IMG/VR virus record: IMGVR_UViG_3300020042_007964
Location: 1-39,472 of that record
Reading direction: 5' to 3' (one strand)
Length of the DNA: 39,472 bases
Source: a virus
Lineage: Duplodnaviria; Caudoviricetes
The translations under genes and the position numbers were made by a program. Positions 10,201 to 18,449 of this stretch are shown piece by piece (within the stretch, counting starts at the first letter, position 1; each line of letters begins with the position of its first letter). A model generated the notes under the pieces. That model saw only the letters and a list, made by a program, of their open reading frames with translations, was not told where the DNA came from and ran no database searches.

Positions 10201-10414
10201 TCTACCAAGACCTAATTTTGTAGCGATAGATGAAGGCTTTGGAGCTTTAGACAGTAATAACTTAGGAAGTATAGTCTCTTATTTCGATCATTTAAAAAAT
10301 CAGTTTAAGTTTATCATGATTATATCTCACATAGACTCAATGAGAGACGCTGTAGATCACCATATAGAAATAAATAAGATTGCAGGAAAATCTAACGTAC
10401 AACACGGAAGTTAG
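7262..10414 (+). CDS. Fused Mre11/SbcD nuclease - Rad50/SbcC ATPase (gp47-gp46-like fusion)
   Basis: Metallophosphoesterase motifs SDIH, GD, GNHD, GDIH, YPGS. Then Walker A ANASGKST, coiled coil with CAYC zinc hook, signature TSGME, Walker B/D-loop IDEGFGALD, H-loop ISH. Confidence 0.93.
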   Translation: MIKTYLNLDTIEKIYHISDIHIRNFKRHEEYRRVFDTLKKKIVETSDEKSLICLTGDIVHSKTDVTPELVYQVQDLLKSLADIRPVLLIPGNHDANLNNNSRMDALTPIVDAINHPNIAYVKDSEVFTIGNLTFSHWSVFDEEYTKAKDIEGNYKICLYHGSVQSAVTEIGFKLEGGKIKTSHFDGFDLTLLGDIHKLQYLNEEKTIAYPGSLIQQNHGESLEHGILVWNVKDKTSEFVEIPNDTAFYTMYVDSGVVNPPLIDLAKNMYLRVRHINTDQNTLKQLISEVKKSHNVIEQSIQRIHSIQELSNYSSKNSRLLDVRDEQQQNDLIQKFLSKKYKLTEDQKQHIKEINAHINQQLPKLESSRNVIWNPKTFVFENMFSYGKDNSIDFTNMRGTYGIFAANASGKSTLLDALSYCIFDKCSKTNRSSQVLNSSSNTFYCKLDFELNGVNYVIERDGLREKNGNVRVKVNFYYTDDLGNKVSLNGKERNDTNASIRAVLGSYEDFTLTALSAQGANSGFIDMNQKDRKELLSQFLDINIFETMFDFTNNEMKDISAVMKQYQKIDHSVEVQRIDEQKVTINKKIDELKHQKHDLELDRDSLNKRILEEHIMLQTVSSRTANEDQLKAEIAQLNQQLVKSISDEAVCVLDSKSAKDELDQYEQNLSQINIEDLDKRLQQYKELTRDKNAITIEINKLNIHLSHQKDKLNKLQELEYDENCAYCMNNVFVKDAISTKQSHEDLVKQKEVLEIDLGIVEQSIKKLGTVEEDKKQHDNLLQNINNTEKKSLKFESDLQKVQIEQTKVKQKIKDKEIELDTYRKEKKKIEQNIEVQARIDAYELEHKTTENNLKKINDDLTENLLNVNSLSSKRDKCTNDLTELVKLQSKYDLYKMYSEAVHRDGVPHQLISDTIPQIQEEINTILQQLVDFMVVLHPDDKNINAYIAYDNDRYWPIELTSGMEKFVASLAIRSSLINVSSLPRPNFVAIDEGFGALDSNNLGSIVSYFDHLKNQFKFIMIISHIDSMRDAVDHHIEINKIAGKSNVQHGS

Positions 10415-10422
10415 ATATTTAT
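10415..10422 (+). promoter_or_regulatory. Putative late promoter ATATTTAT
   Basis: Octamer directly after the stop codon of the Mre11-Rad50 gene, heading the accessory cluster. Confidence 0.65.
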
Positions 10423-10487
10423 TTATAATTACTAGTGCGCTAAAAATAAAATATGCATTAGGATAACAATAAAAAATAATTATTATT

Positions 10488-10703
10488 ATGGCATTCAATC
10501 TAAAATCTTTAAAAAATTCTCCAAAGAGCGCATTCTCTGGTCAAACTATTCCTGATACTTATCAAGGCCTAGAAGGACTAAAGAATTCAACTTCTTATGC
10601 ATCAAATAACGATGGAGCAATATTAGCAGGATCAATACCAGGTATTATTCCAACTACAACAACGACTACCTCTACTACGACTACAACTACTACCACTCCA
10701 TAA
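10488..10703 (+). CDS. Small protein with poly-threonine tail
   Basis: 71 aa ending PTTTTTTSTTTTTTTP, encoded by mixed Thr codons. Confidence 0.7.
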   Translation: MAFNLKSLKNSPKSAFSGQTIPDTYQGLEGLKNSTSYASNNDGAILAGSIPGIIPTTTTTTSTTTTTTTTP

Positions 10704-10724
10704 AAATAGAGGTAAAACTATAAA

Positions 10725-13202
10725 ATGAAAACAACTGTTCTACTTCCAGGAGGATTTAAACCTCCTCATGGCGGGCATCTACAACTAGCAAATGCCTATG
10801 CAAAAAACCCAGAAGTAGACAAAGTTCTTGTTCTGATTGGTCCAAAAGATCGTGATGGAGTAACTATAGAAAAATCTACTGCAATTTGGAAAATGCTACC
10901 AAAAAATAGCAAAGTAGAAATAGTTGCTGTAGATTCAGATAATCCGATGTCTGCAGCATTTGATTATGTCCTAAACATGGATAATAATGCAAAAGGACAG
11001 ATCGCTATGGCGGCCAGTTCTAAAGAAGACGATGCAAAAAGATCAGATTCTTTTGTTAGCGCTATAAATGGATATAAAACAAAACCAACAAAAGACGGAA
11101 GAACTGCACCAAAAGATATTACTCCAGTAAAATTGCCGGTAGACGTAAGTCCTCTTTTATATAAAGGAAGAAATGACAAATACGACGGAACTGGAATAAG
11201 CGCATCAGTGCTTAGACAAGACTTAAAAAATCAAGCAAAAGATGAGTTCTTAACTAACTATCCAAATGTAGATAAGAGTATAGCTCTAAAGATATTTGAT
11301 CTTTTGACAAAAAAAAAGAAACCAATATACGAGATTATAGAAGAAAGGGCGGTCCTTTCTACTCTGATTCGTACTTTATTGGCTGAGGGCGGAAAAGTAT
11401 TTCAAGGAACTCAAAGAATTAACCTAGCTGACATAGATCCTACAATATCTTGGCTTGAAGATAAGTCAGGTCTTTCTCTTAAAGACAATATGCTTGGAAG
11501 TACAGGCAGAAAAGCAGACAGTGGAGACTTAGACTTAGGAGTAGATAAAAACAAAGTAGATCAAAATAAACTAATTAGCAAACTTACTGCTAACGGAATA
11601 GATAAAGCAGACATTAAAAAGTCAGGAACAAACGTTCACGTAAAGACTCCTATAGCGGGAGATCCTGAAAATGGATTTGTACAAACAGATTTCATGTTTA
11701 ACGATGATGTTGATTTCATGAAGTTCTCTATGCAAGGCGGAGAAAAAGAAAGTCCATATAAAGGAGTTCATAAGCACTTAGTATTGTCTAGCATAGCGAA
11801 AGCTCAAGGAATGAAATGGTCCTATCTTAACGGACTAGTAGATAGAGCAACTAACAAAGTAATAAGTAAGAATCCTAGTGAAATAGCAACTAAATTACTA
11901 GGACAAGGAGCAAAGCAAGAAGATCTAATCAGCGTAGAGGCTATAGTAAAGGCGATAAAAAACAAACCACAATATGAAGAGTGGATGACACAAGCTAGAG
12001 GTGATCTAGCAAAAGATGGTCTTGAGCTTCCTAAAAAAGAAGATCTAAAAGAGTCCATAAAAAAGATACAAAGATTAGTTATGTTGTTAGAAGCCGCATC
12101 AGCAAGAATCCAACATCCTGAAGACTTAATTTATTGGGATGGATCTAAAGGAGCTGAAAGAGCTTTACAAGTCATGGATAAGGCTGCTAAAGACCCATCG
12201 ACCACATCAGTAAAATGGGACGGATCACCAGCTGTAGTGTTTGGAGTAGACGAAAATGGCAACTTTATACTAACTGATAAGAGCGGATTTACTGCAAAAG
12301 GATATGACGGTAAAGCTAAAAGCGCAAAGGAAATAGAAACAATGTTTAAAAATAGGGCAATAAAATCTGCTGAAAAAAGCGGAACTAAACCTAATTTTAC
12401 TTTTGCAAAAAGCATGGCTAACGCTTACGACGTATTTAAAAAGTCTTGGCCAAAAGGACTCACTGGATACTTCAAAGGAGATCTATTGTATCAAAGCAAA
12501 CCAGAAGTTATTGATGGAGAGTATGTATTCAAACCAAATATAACTACATATAAGATCGCAGTTAATAGCGAACTAGGAAAACAAATAACAAAAAGTGAAG
12601 TAGGCGTTATACCACACGTTTATCAGACTTTAGATGGAAAAGAATCTGGAGTAAAAGACGCAAAGCAATATAAGTTTAATCCAGCAGGAGGACTCATGGT
12701 ATTCTCACCAGTTTTTCCAAAAAGTGGAGCTAAGATAGACAATAAGATGATGAGCGCAGCTAAATCAGCTGTCTCTAGTGCTAAATCTGCAGATAAATTA
12801 CTAGATAAAAGCAAACTTAGTCAAGAAAAAATGACTGATTATGCTGATATGCTTTATAAGTTTACTAACTCTAAAGCAGCTAGTATGAATACATTAAGCT
12901 CAAAAGAGTTCATTAAGTTCTTAGAGAATGAAAAGACTATTAGTGATGGTAAAAAAGCTAAAATGATAGAGTATTCTCAACAGAATCAATCAGACTTAGA
13001 GAAAATATTTAACGCTGTAAAAGCTATAAACGATTTAAAGAATTCTATAATAGCTCAATTAGATTCTCAAGATACAGGAGTAAAAGCTTCTATAGGAGAT
13101 GAATCAGGAGGCGAAGGATATGTTATATCTGATCCATCCGGACCAATAAAATTAGTTAATCGTGGAGGCTTTACAGCTGCTAATAGAGCTGTACAAAGAT
13201 AA
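10725..13202 (+). CDS. Multidomain nucleotidyltransferase: HIGH/cytidylyltransferase-like + Pol-beta-like + ligase-like (KxDG) domains
   Basis: PGGFKPPHGGH...ISASVLR; GSTG-x5-GDLD...QTDFM; HPED...VKWDGSPA...GDLL...EGYV...KLVNR. Confidence 0.75.
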   Translation: MKTTVLLPGGFKPPHGGHLQLANAYAKNPEVDKVLVLIGPKDRDGVTIEKSTAIWKMLPKNSKVEIVAVDSDNPMSAAFDYVLNMDNNAKGQIAMAASSKEDDAKRSDSFVSAINGYKTKPTKDGRTAPKDITPVKLPVDVSPLLYKGRNDKYDGTGISASVLRQDLKNQAKDEFLTNYPNVDKSIALKIFDLLTKKKKPIYEIIEERAVLSTLIRTLLAEGGKVFQGTQRINLADIDPTISWLEDKSGLSLKDNMLGSTGRKADSGDLDLGVDKNKVDQNKLISKLTANGIDKADIKKSGTNVHVKTPIAGDPENGFVQTDFMFNDDVDFMKFSMQGGEKESPYKGVHKHLVLSSIAKAQGMKWSYLNGLVDRATNKVISKNPSEIATKLLGQGAKQEDLISVEAIVKAIKNKPQYEEWMTQARGDLAKDGLELPKKEDLKESIKKIQRLVMLLEAASARIQHPEDLIYWDGSKGAERALQVMDKAAKDPSTTSVKWDGSPAVVFGVDENGNFILTDKSGFTAKGYDGKAKSAKEIETMFKNRAIKSAEKSGTKPNFTFAKSMANAYDVFKKSWPKGLTGYFKGDLLYQSKPEVIDGEYVFKPNITTYKIAVNSELGKQITKSEVGVIPHVYQTLDGKESGVKDAKQYKFNPAGGLMVFSPVFPKSGAKIDNKMMSAAKSAVSSAKSADKLLDKSKLSQEKMTDYADMLYKFTNSKAASMNTLSSKEFIKFLENEKTISDGKKAKMIEYSQQNQSDLEKIFNAVKAINDLKNSIIAQLDSQDTGVKASIGDESGGEGYVISDPSGPIKLVNRGGFTAANRAVQR

Positions 13203-13204
13203 TT

Positions 13205-14104
13205 ATGGAAAACGCCCAAAAAATACAACTTGCGCTTGACTTTATTAAGTTCGCTTCTGGGCATATGAATTTACAATCTTTGCCTAAGATAATATTTACT
13301 ACTGACAACAAGTGGGCAAAGCAAATGAGATCTTTTGGTCAATACGATCCTTCAAAAAAGTCTATAGTAACTTACGTAGACAATCGTAATATGGCAGATG
13401 TGCTTAGAACACTCTGTCATGAATTGGTTCATCATAAACAGAATGAAGAAGGTCGATTAAAAGCTAATTCAGGAGAAACTGGATCAGATATAGAAAATGA
13501 AGCTAATGCTACAGCTGGAATTGTGCTAAGAGAGTATGGAAAAGTAAATTCCATGATCTATGAAAGCAGACTTACTGAAGACATAAAAGAATATGAGATC
13601 TATTGTGATATGGACGGAGTCCTTTGCGACTTTGATGCTCAATTTGATCACTACTTTGGAGAATCAGTAAAAGAGTATATAGCAGATAAAGGAATAAAGT
13701 CTTTTGAGAATGCTATAGATAAAGCAGGAGAGCAATTTTGGACTACAATGCCTATATTAGCAGGAGCTAAAGAGCTTTGGCAAAGAATAGGAAAATATGG
13801 AGTAACTATACTAACTAGTGCTGCAAAACAAGAAGATTCATCAGAAGATTATATTGGAGCAAGACAAGGAAAGATAAAGTGGATAAAAGAAAACTTAAGA
13901 CCTTCTCCAAAAAAGATAATATTTAAACAGACTGGTCAAAAGCACACCGAGATACAAGGAAAAGGCGAAGAAGCGATTAAGAAATCTGTATTGATCGATG
14001 ATTACGGAAAGAATTTGAAGCCTTGGGAGAGCATAGGAGCGAAAGGCATCAAGCACTCAGCTGATACATTACAAAATACACTAGATTCTCTAGAAGAGTT
14101 ATAA
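13205..14104 (+). CDS. Zincin-like metallopeptidase fused to HAD-family 5'(3')-nucleotidase-like phosphatase
   Basis: LCHELVHHKQ...ENEAN (HExxH). Then IYCDMDGVLCDF, ILTS, K, LIDD (HAD motifs I-IV). Confidence 0.82.
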   Translation: MENAQKIQLALDFIKFASGHMNLQSLPKIIFTTDNKWAKQMRSFGQYDPSKKSIVTYVDNRNMADVLRTLCHELVHHKQNEEGRLKANSGETGSDIENEANATAGIVLREYGKVNSMIYESRLTEDIKEYEIYCDMDGVLCDFDAQFDHYFGESVKEYIADKGIKSFENAIDKAGEQFWTTMPILAGAKELWQRIGKYGVTILTSAAKQEDSSEDYIGARQGKIKWIKENLRPSPKKIIFKQTGQKHTEIQGKGEEAIKKSVLIDDYGKNLKPWESIGAKGIKHSADTLQNTLDSLEEL

Positions 14105-14120
14105 TAAAAATAATAACGTT

Positions 14121-14693
14121 ATGAACCAAGGACAACTTAAAAAAGAGTTCACTAAAAAAGATGTGACTCGAATGAGGAATTTGATCACTGGAAAATTAGG
14201 AGACAAGACTCAAATCCAATCTGGATACGAAAAAAAACAAGAAGATCATAAAGAAGGAGATGTTTGGCAAGATTCTAGCGGAAAAAGCTGGACTATTAAC
14301 AACGGAATCAAAAGAACTGCTACAAAGATGAATAATCTAAAAAAACTTGTAGTCATTCCATTATGTTGTCCTAAGTGTAGTAAACATATGAAAATAAATG
14401 ATCTTAATAAAAAGATGTATGCCACTCAAGGTATGTGTTTTGATTGCGTAGTAGAGAAAGAACATCAAATAAGAATTTCAGGAAATTGGGAAAGCTACGC
14501 TAGTCAACAAATGACTGCAAATAAAAATGAAAGCCTTAAAGATTTTGAGCAAGCATTAGAAAGTTGGTATAAAGAGAAGGATGATTTCTTTACCGAGAAC
14601 GGAGATATGGAGAATTGGAGCACTGGAGACAAGAAAAAAGCTTACAAAGAGATCAAAGAGAAGATAGAAGAGCTTAAAAACATCAAACTCTAA
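14121..14693 (+). CDS. Hypothetical protein with zinc ribbon
   Basis: CPKC...CFDC. 190 aa. Confidence 0.7.
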   Translation: MNQGQLKKEFTKKDVTRMRNLITGKLGDKTQIQSGYEKKQEDHKEGDVWQDSSGKSWTINNGIKRTATKMNNLKKLVVIPLCCPKCSKHMKINDLNKKMYATQGMCFDCVVEKEHQIRISGNWESYASQQMTANKNESLKDFEQALESWYKEKDDFFTENGDMENWSTGDKKKAYKEIKEKIEELKNIKL

Positions 14694-14694
14694 C

Positions 14695-14702
14695 ATATTT
14701 AT
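14695..14702 (+). promoter_or_regulatory. Putative late promoter ATATTTAT
   Basis: Octamer in the 24-nt gap upstream of ATG 14718. Confidence 0.65.
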
Positions 14703-14717
14703 AAAAAATTAGTACAA

Positions 14718-15344
14718 ATGCCAACAAAAGATAACGAAAGTAAAAGAAAACTATTCGGCGCAGCACTAGCAGCTAAACGCGGAAATAAACCCAGTAGTAA
14801 AAAAGTTGCTGATATCGCAGCATCTACTTCAGAAAAAGAACTTAGTAAGATGGCTTCTAAAAACGAAGGAGCTGATGTTGGTCAAGAGTTTGATAATCAA
14901 GTAGGAGAATATTATGCAGTTCAAAGGCCTTATGATGGCTGTGAACCTAATAAGCTAGTTCATAAAGTTAATCCTCTTCAAGGAGTTCAAGGTATTGGCG
15001 TTGAACCAGTACAAATATACGGAGCTTACATAGAAGAAAAGATGGCAATGACTATGGCAGAAAAGCTCTGTAAAGAGTTTGTAGATGCTGGAATTATGCT
15101 AGAAAAGAAAAAAGAAACCGTAGTAAGTAAGATAAAGAGTGCTATTGATGAATTAGAAGCTCAAAGAGGCGCATGTGTAGGTATGATTAAAGAGAATCCT
15201 AAAGAATCTGGAGCTCAAAAAGAAAAGATCGCTCATTTGGCTACTAAAATAGATGATCTTATGACTAAACTTGAAAAAATAGAGAAGTCTAAGAAAGAAA
15301 TAGAGAACAAAGAAGATAAGAAACAAGATAAAAAGAAAAAATAA
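14718..15344 (+). CDS. Hypothetical protein with DUF3008-like N-terminus and coiled-coil C-terminus
   Basis: MPTK...KLFGAALAAKRG...TSEKELSKMAS resembles the DUF3008 pattern. Confidence 0.6.
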   Translation: MPTKDNESKRKLFGAALAAKRGNKPSSKKVADIAASTSEKELSKMASKNEGADVGQEFDNQVGEYYAVQRPYDGCEPNKLVHKVNPLQGVQGIGVEPVQIYGAYIEEKMAMTMAEKLCKEFVDAGIMLEKKKETVVSKIKSAIDELEAQRGACVGMIKENPKESGAQKEKIAHLATKIDDLMTKLEKIEKSKKEIENKEDKKQDKKKK

Positions 15345-15706
15345 TGGAACCATATGGATTATTTATAGGAACTTTAATGCAGAGCCGTAATCAAGCTCAC
15401 ATTTATCATTTACAGACAAATTCATTTGCGGCTCATTTAGCTTTGCAAGGATATTATGAAGGCATAATTCCTTTAGTCGATGGTCTAGTTGAATCCTATC
15501 AAGGAAGATACGGTATTCTTCGTGGATACAGTATGCTTAATCAAATAAAAGAAGACGATAATGCAGTTCTTTACTTTGAAGGTCTTTGCAAGTTTGTAGA
15601 GACGATCAGAACTAAAGTACCACAAGACTCTTTTATTCAGAACGAGATAGACAATGTAGTTAATCTTTTAGAATCTACAAAATATAAGCTTAAATTTTTA
15701 AATTAA
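15344..15706 (+). CDS. Ferritin/Dps-like four-helix protein
   Basis: AHIYHLQT-SFAAHLAL-YY...DGLVESYQG, Dps-like H...H...D-x3-E metal ligands. 120 aa. Confidence 0.7.
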   Translation: MEPYGLFIGTLMQSRNQAHIYHLQTNSFAAHLALQGYYEGIIPLVDGLVESYQGRYGILRGYSMLNQIKEDDNAVLYFEGLCKFVETIRTKVPQDSFIQNEIDNVVNLLESTKYKLKFLN

Positions 15707-16026
15707 TGCATGATCTTCACGAAGGAGACTTCTGTCCTCATTGTTTGATAGAATATATCTTAGAACATAGAAATGTGCTTCATGAGGCAAAATATCAAGG
15801 CAGAACAATTCAGTTGGGAAAACCAATGGCTGGAGATACAAAGAAGTTTAAAGTCTACGTTAAGAACGCTAAAGGAAATGTTGTTAAAGTAAACTTTGGA
15901 CAGAAAGGAGTGAAGATAAAGAAAAACAATCCTGCAAGAAGGAAAAGTTTTAGAGCAAGACATCACTGCGACACTAATCCAGGACCTCGTTGGAAAGCAA
16001 GGTATTGGTCATGTAGAAAATGGTAA
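15706..16026 (+). CDS. Small basic phage protein
   Basis: EAKYQGR...KKFKVYVKN...VKVNFG...RKSFRARHHC...ARYWSCRKW. Coupled by TAATG. Confidence 0.8.
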   Translation: MHDLHEGDFCPHCLIEYILEHRNVLHEAKYQGRTIQLGKPMAGDTKKFKVYVKNAKGNVVKVNFGQKGVKIKKNNPARRKSFRARHHCDTNPGPRWKARYWSCRKW

Positions 16027-16027
16027 T

Positions 16028-16348
16028 ATGATAAGTATAACTGAGATATTAAAGGAAGTAAAAGAAACATTTGAAAATTTTGCTACTACTCGTGGTAAAG
16101 GAGCTGCTAAAATAGCATCAACTGCTGAAGAAAAAGGCGGATTATCTTTACTAACTTGGCATCATTTTAAAGTTAAAGCTCCATATTACAAAAAAGCTAC
16201 TGAAGGTAAATTTGATAAAGAAGCGGCTATAAAAGAGTTTGAAAAAACACTAAAAAGCATATCATTAAACATGACTCAAATTGAATTTCAACGTGAAGTA
16301 GGTCGTATGGAAGTATTAGGTGAATTATTAATCAGAGATAAAAAATGA
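16028..16348 (+). CDS. Hypothetical protein with shared N-terminal motif (MISITEILKE)
   Basis: 106-aa ORF in a tightly packed run. Confidence 0.75.
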   Translation: MISITEILKEVKETFENFATTRGKGAAKIASTAEEKGGLSLLTWHHFKVKAPYYKKATEGKFDKEAAIKEFEKTLKSISLNMTQIEFQREVGRMEVLGELLIRDKK

Positions 16349-17115
16349 TTAAATTAACCGATTTAATAAAAGAAATAATGTTGCACGAAGAGCAAATGCA
16401 ATCTGATGCTTGGAAGGCAATTACTAAAACTATTGACATCCTTAAAAAGAAAGATAAAATATTATTATTAAGCTGCTCAAATAGGTATAATTGGGATGAT
16501 AATGACATAGATATTCCAAAGTCAAAAATGATTGCAATGTACATACAAGATCAATTACGCGATAAATGTATATTGATCGATGTTCCTGAACTTAATATTA
16601 TAGCTTGCGAAGGTAATGTTTCAAGAAAAGACGGCAATAGCTGTGGAGTAATGAAATCTAAACTTAAAGACAAAGAAAAAAATCCATCTGGACATCACAG
16701 ATGTTGGGCTAGTATTAACAATCCAAAAGACGAACTATGGAAGATCTCTAAAGAACTTCTACAATCAGATGCAGTAGTCTTTTTTAGTTCAATAAGATGG
16801 GGACAAACTAACATGTACTATCAAAACTTAATTGAAAGATTAACTTGGCTTGAAAATAGACATAATACGCTAGGAGAATCTAATATCATTAAAGATATTA
16901 CATCAGGATTTATATGTACCGGTCAGAATTGGAATGGAGAAAAGGTTAATGAAACACAAAAGCAAGTTCATAAGTTTTATGGATTCAAACCAAATAACGA
17001 TCTGTATTGGAACTGGCAATACACTAAAAATGCAAATGACGAAACGCAAAAGTCGTATAAAAATTCATATAGTAAGTTTGAGAAAGACACAAAAATAAAC
17101 AGCAATAATATATAA
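16345..17115 (+). CDS. Flavodoxin-like/NADPH-dependent FMN reductase (iron-sulfur flavoprotein-like) protein with shared N-terminal motif
   Basis: KILLLSCSNR, IIACEG...C...CWAS...DEL, SDAVVFFSSIRWG, LIERL. Starts MIKLTDLIKE. Confidence 0.75.
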   Translation: MIKLTDLIKEIMLHEEQMQSDAWKAITKTIDILKKKDKILLLSCSNRYNWDDNDIDIPKSKMIAMYIQDQLRDKCILIDVPELNIIACEGNVSRKDGNSCGVMKSKLKDKEKNPSGHHRCWASINNPKDELWKISKELLQSDAVVFFSSIRWGQTNMYYQNLIERLTWLENRHNTLGESNIIKDITSGFICTGQNWNGEKVNETQKQVHKFYGFKPNNDLYWNWQYTKNANDETQKSYKNSYSKFEKDTKINSNNI

Positions 17116-17116
17116 A

Positions 17117-17473
17117 ATGATTAAGCTTACAGAAATATTAGATGAAATACTATCAGAAGCGTGCTGGGATGGATATAGAAAAGATCCAAATAAACCAATG
17201 AAAAAAGGAAAAAAAGGGACTATGGTTCCTAATTGTGTTAAAGTTAGTGAAGAAAAGAAAGGACCGAAATTAAATCCTGCGTATCTTACTAAAGATGCAG
17301 CGCAAATGAAAAAAGATATAAAAGACAGAAAAAGTTTAAAATCTGATGATCCAGCTGCTTATGAAAAATGGGACGCAGACTATATAGATAAGGCTAAAAC
17401 AAAAAAATATAAAACTAGAAAGTCAACCTCTACTACTGCATATGAAAAAAGATTTGGAAAAAAAGAAAAATAA
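17117..17473 (+). CDS. Small basic protein (CWxGY...VPNCV module) with shared N-terminal motif
   Basis: MIKLTEILDEILSE-ACWDGY...MVPNCVKV. Confidence 0.75.
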   Translation: MIKLTEILDEILSEACWDGYRKDPNKPMKKGKKGTMVPNCVKVSEEKKGPKLNPAYLTKDAAQMKKDIKDRKSLKSDDPAAYEKWDADYIDKAKTKKYKTRKSTSTTAYEKRFGKKEK

Positions 17474-17748
17474 TGAAACTAACTGATATACTAAAACAAT
17501 TAGTTGAAGAAAGACTAAAGTTTCGTGATTCTAATGCCCCAGATGCAAATGGTAAATTTCGAGATTTACCCGCAGAAAAGTTAGCTAACTGGATGATTAA
17601 AACAAGAAAAGGTAATATGAGTAAGATAACCGGTTCTTTAAATCAGCAAGCTAACTTTAATCGTAAAGATGATCCTGCCTATGCAAGAAAGATGGATAGG
17701 ACTAGAGAAATAGTAAAAACTAAATTAGATAAAAAGAAAAAGAAATGA
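17473..17748 (+). CDS. Small basic hypothetical protein with shared N-terminal motif
   Basis: MKLTDILKQLVEE. 91 aa. Confidence 0.75.
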   Translation: MKLTDILKQLVEERLKFRDSNAPDANGKFRDLPAEKLANWMIKTRKGNMSKITGSLNQQANFNRKDDPAYARKMDRTREIVKTKLDKKKKK

Positions 17749-18032
17749 TAAAATTATTAGACATATTAAAAGAGATGTTTATTTTTGAATATGACCCACA
17801 AACAGAAAAAGCTTTAGCAAATAAAGCAAAATCTACAGGTATATCGAAAACAATACTAAAAAGTGTTTACGCAAAAGGTCTAGGAGCTTGGAAAACAGGA
17901 CATCGTCCAGGAGCGGGTCAACATCAATGGGCTATGGCAAGAGTAAATTCTTTTGTAACTGGAAAAGGTGGAGCTAGAAAAGCAGACAAGACGTTATGGA
18001 AAAAAGCAAGTAAATCAAAAAAGAAAAAATAA
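17745..18032 (+). CDS. Small basic phage protein (possibly DUF5824-like) with shared N-terminal motif
   Basis: MIKLLDILKE...ILKSVYAKGLGAWKTGHRPG...QWAMARVNSF. Confidence 0.72.
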   Translation: MIKLLDILKEMFIFEYDPQTEKALANKAKSTGISKTILKSVYAKGLGAWKTGHRPGAGQHQWAMARVNSFVTGKGGARKADKTLWKKASKSKKKK

Positions 18033-18034
18033 TT

Positions 18035-18448
18035 ATGGAAAACAGTCTTTCGTATTACAGAAACATATTACTACAAGAAGTTGATCTTCCCGGAAATCAA
18101 GAAAAGATAGATGTAGCTGAGCCTAAGGGTAAAATAACAGCCGCTGACTTTAAAGCTCTTCGTGATAAGAAAAGAGTAAAAAAAGAAGGTGAAGATCACG
18201 AAGTTTCTATGGCTAATAATAGTTTAGAGACTATCGTTAAAGCTGCTATAGAGCTCAAGGCCAAAATGGGAGATCAAGAGAAAGATATTCCAGCGTGGAT
18301 TCAAGATCACATCACCAATGCTGCCAATTTTATTAGTCAAGCTGCTAATAACTATCATGAGTACTCAAATGGTCATGATCAAGAAGATCAATCAGATGAA
18401 GATAATGTAACTTCACTATTTGAAATATTAAAATCAAAAAAGAAATAA
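18035..18448 (+). CDS. Hypothetical modular protein (EF-hand-like loop, DHEVSMA and PAWIQDHIT modules)
   Basis: 137-aa ORF. KIDVAEPKGKITAADF resembles a degenerate EF-hand. Confidence 0.7.
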   Translation: MENSLSYYRNILLQEVDLPGNQEKIDVAEPKGKITAADFKALRDKKRVKKEGEDHEVSMANNSLETIVKAAIELKAKMGDQEKDIPAWIQDHITNAANFISQAANNYHEYSNGHDQEDQSDEDNVTSLFEILKSKKK

Positions 18449-18449
18449 A

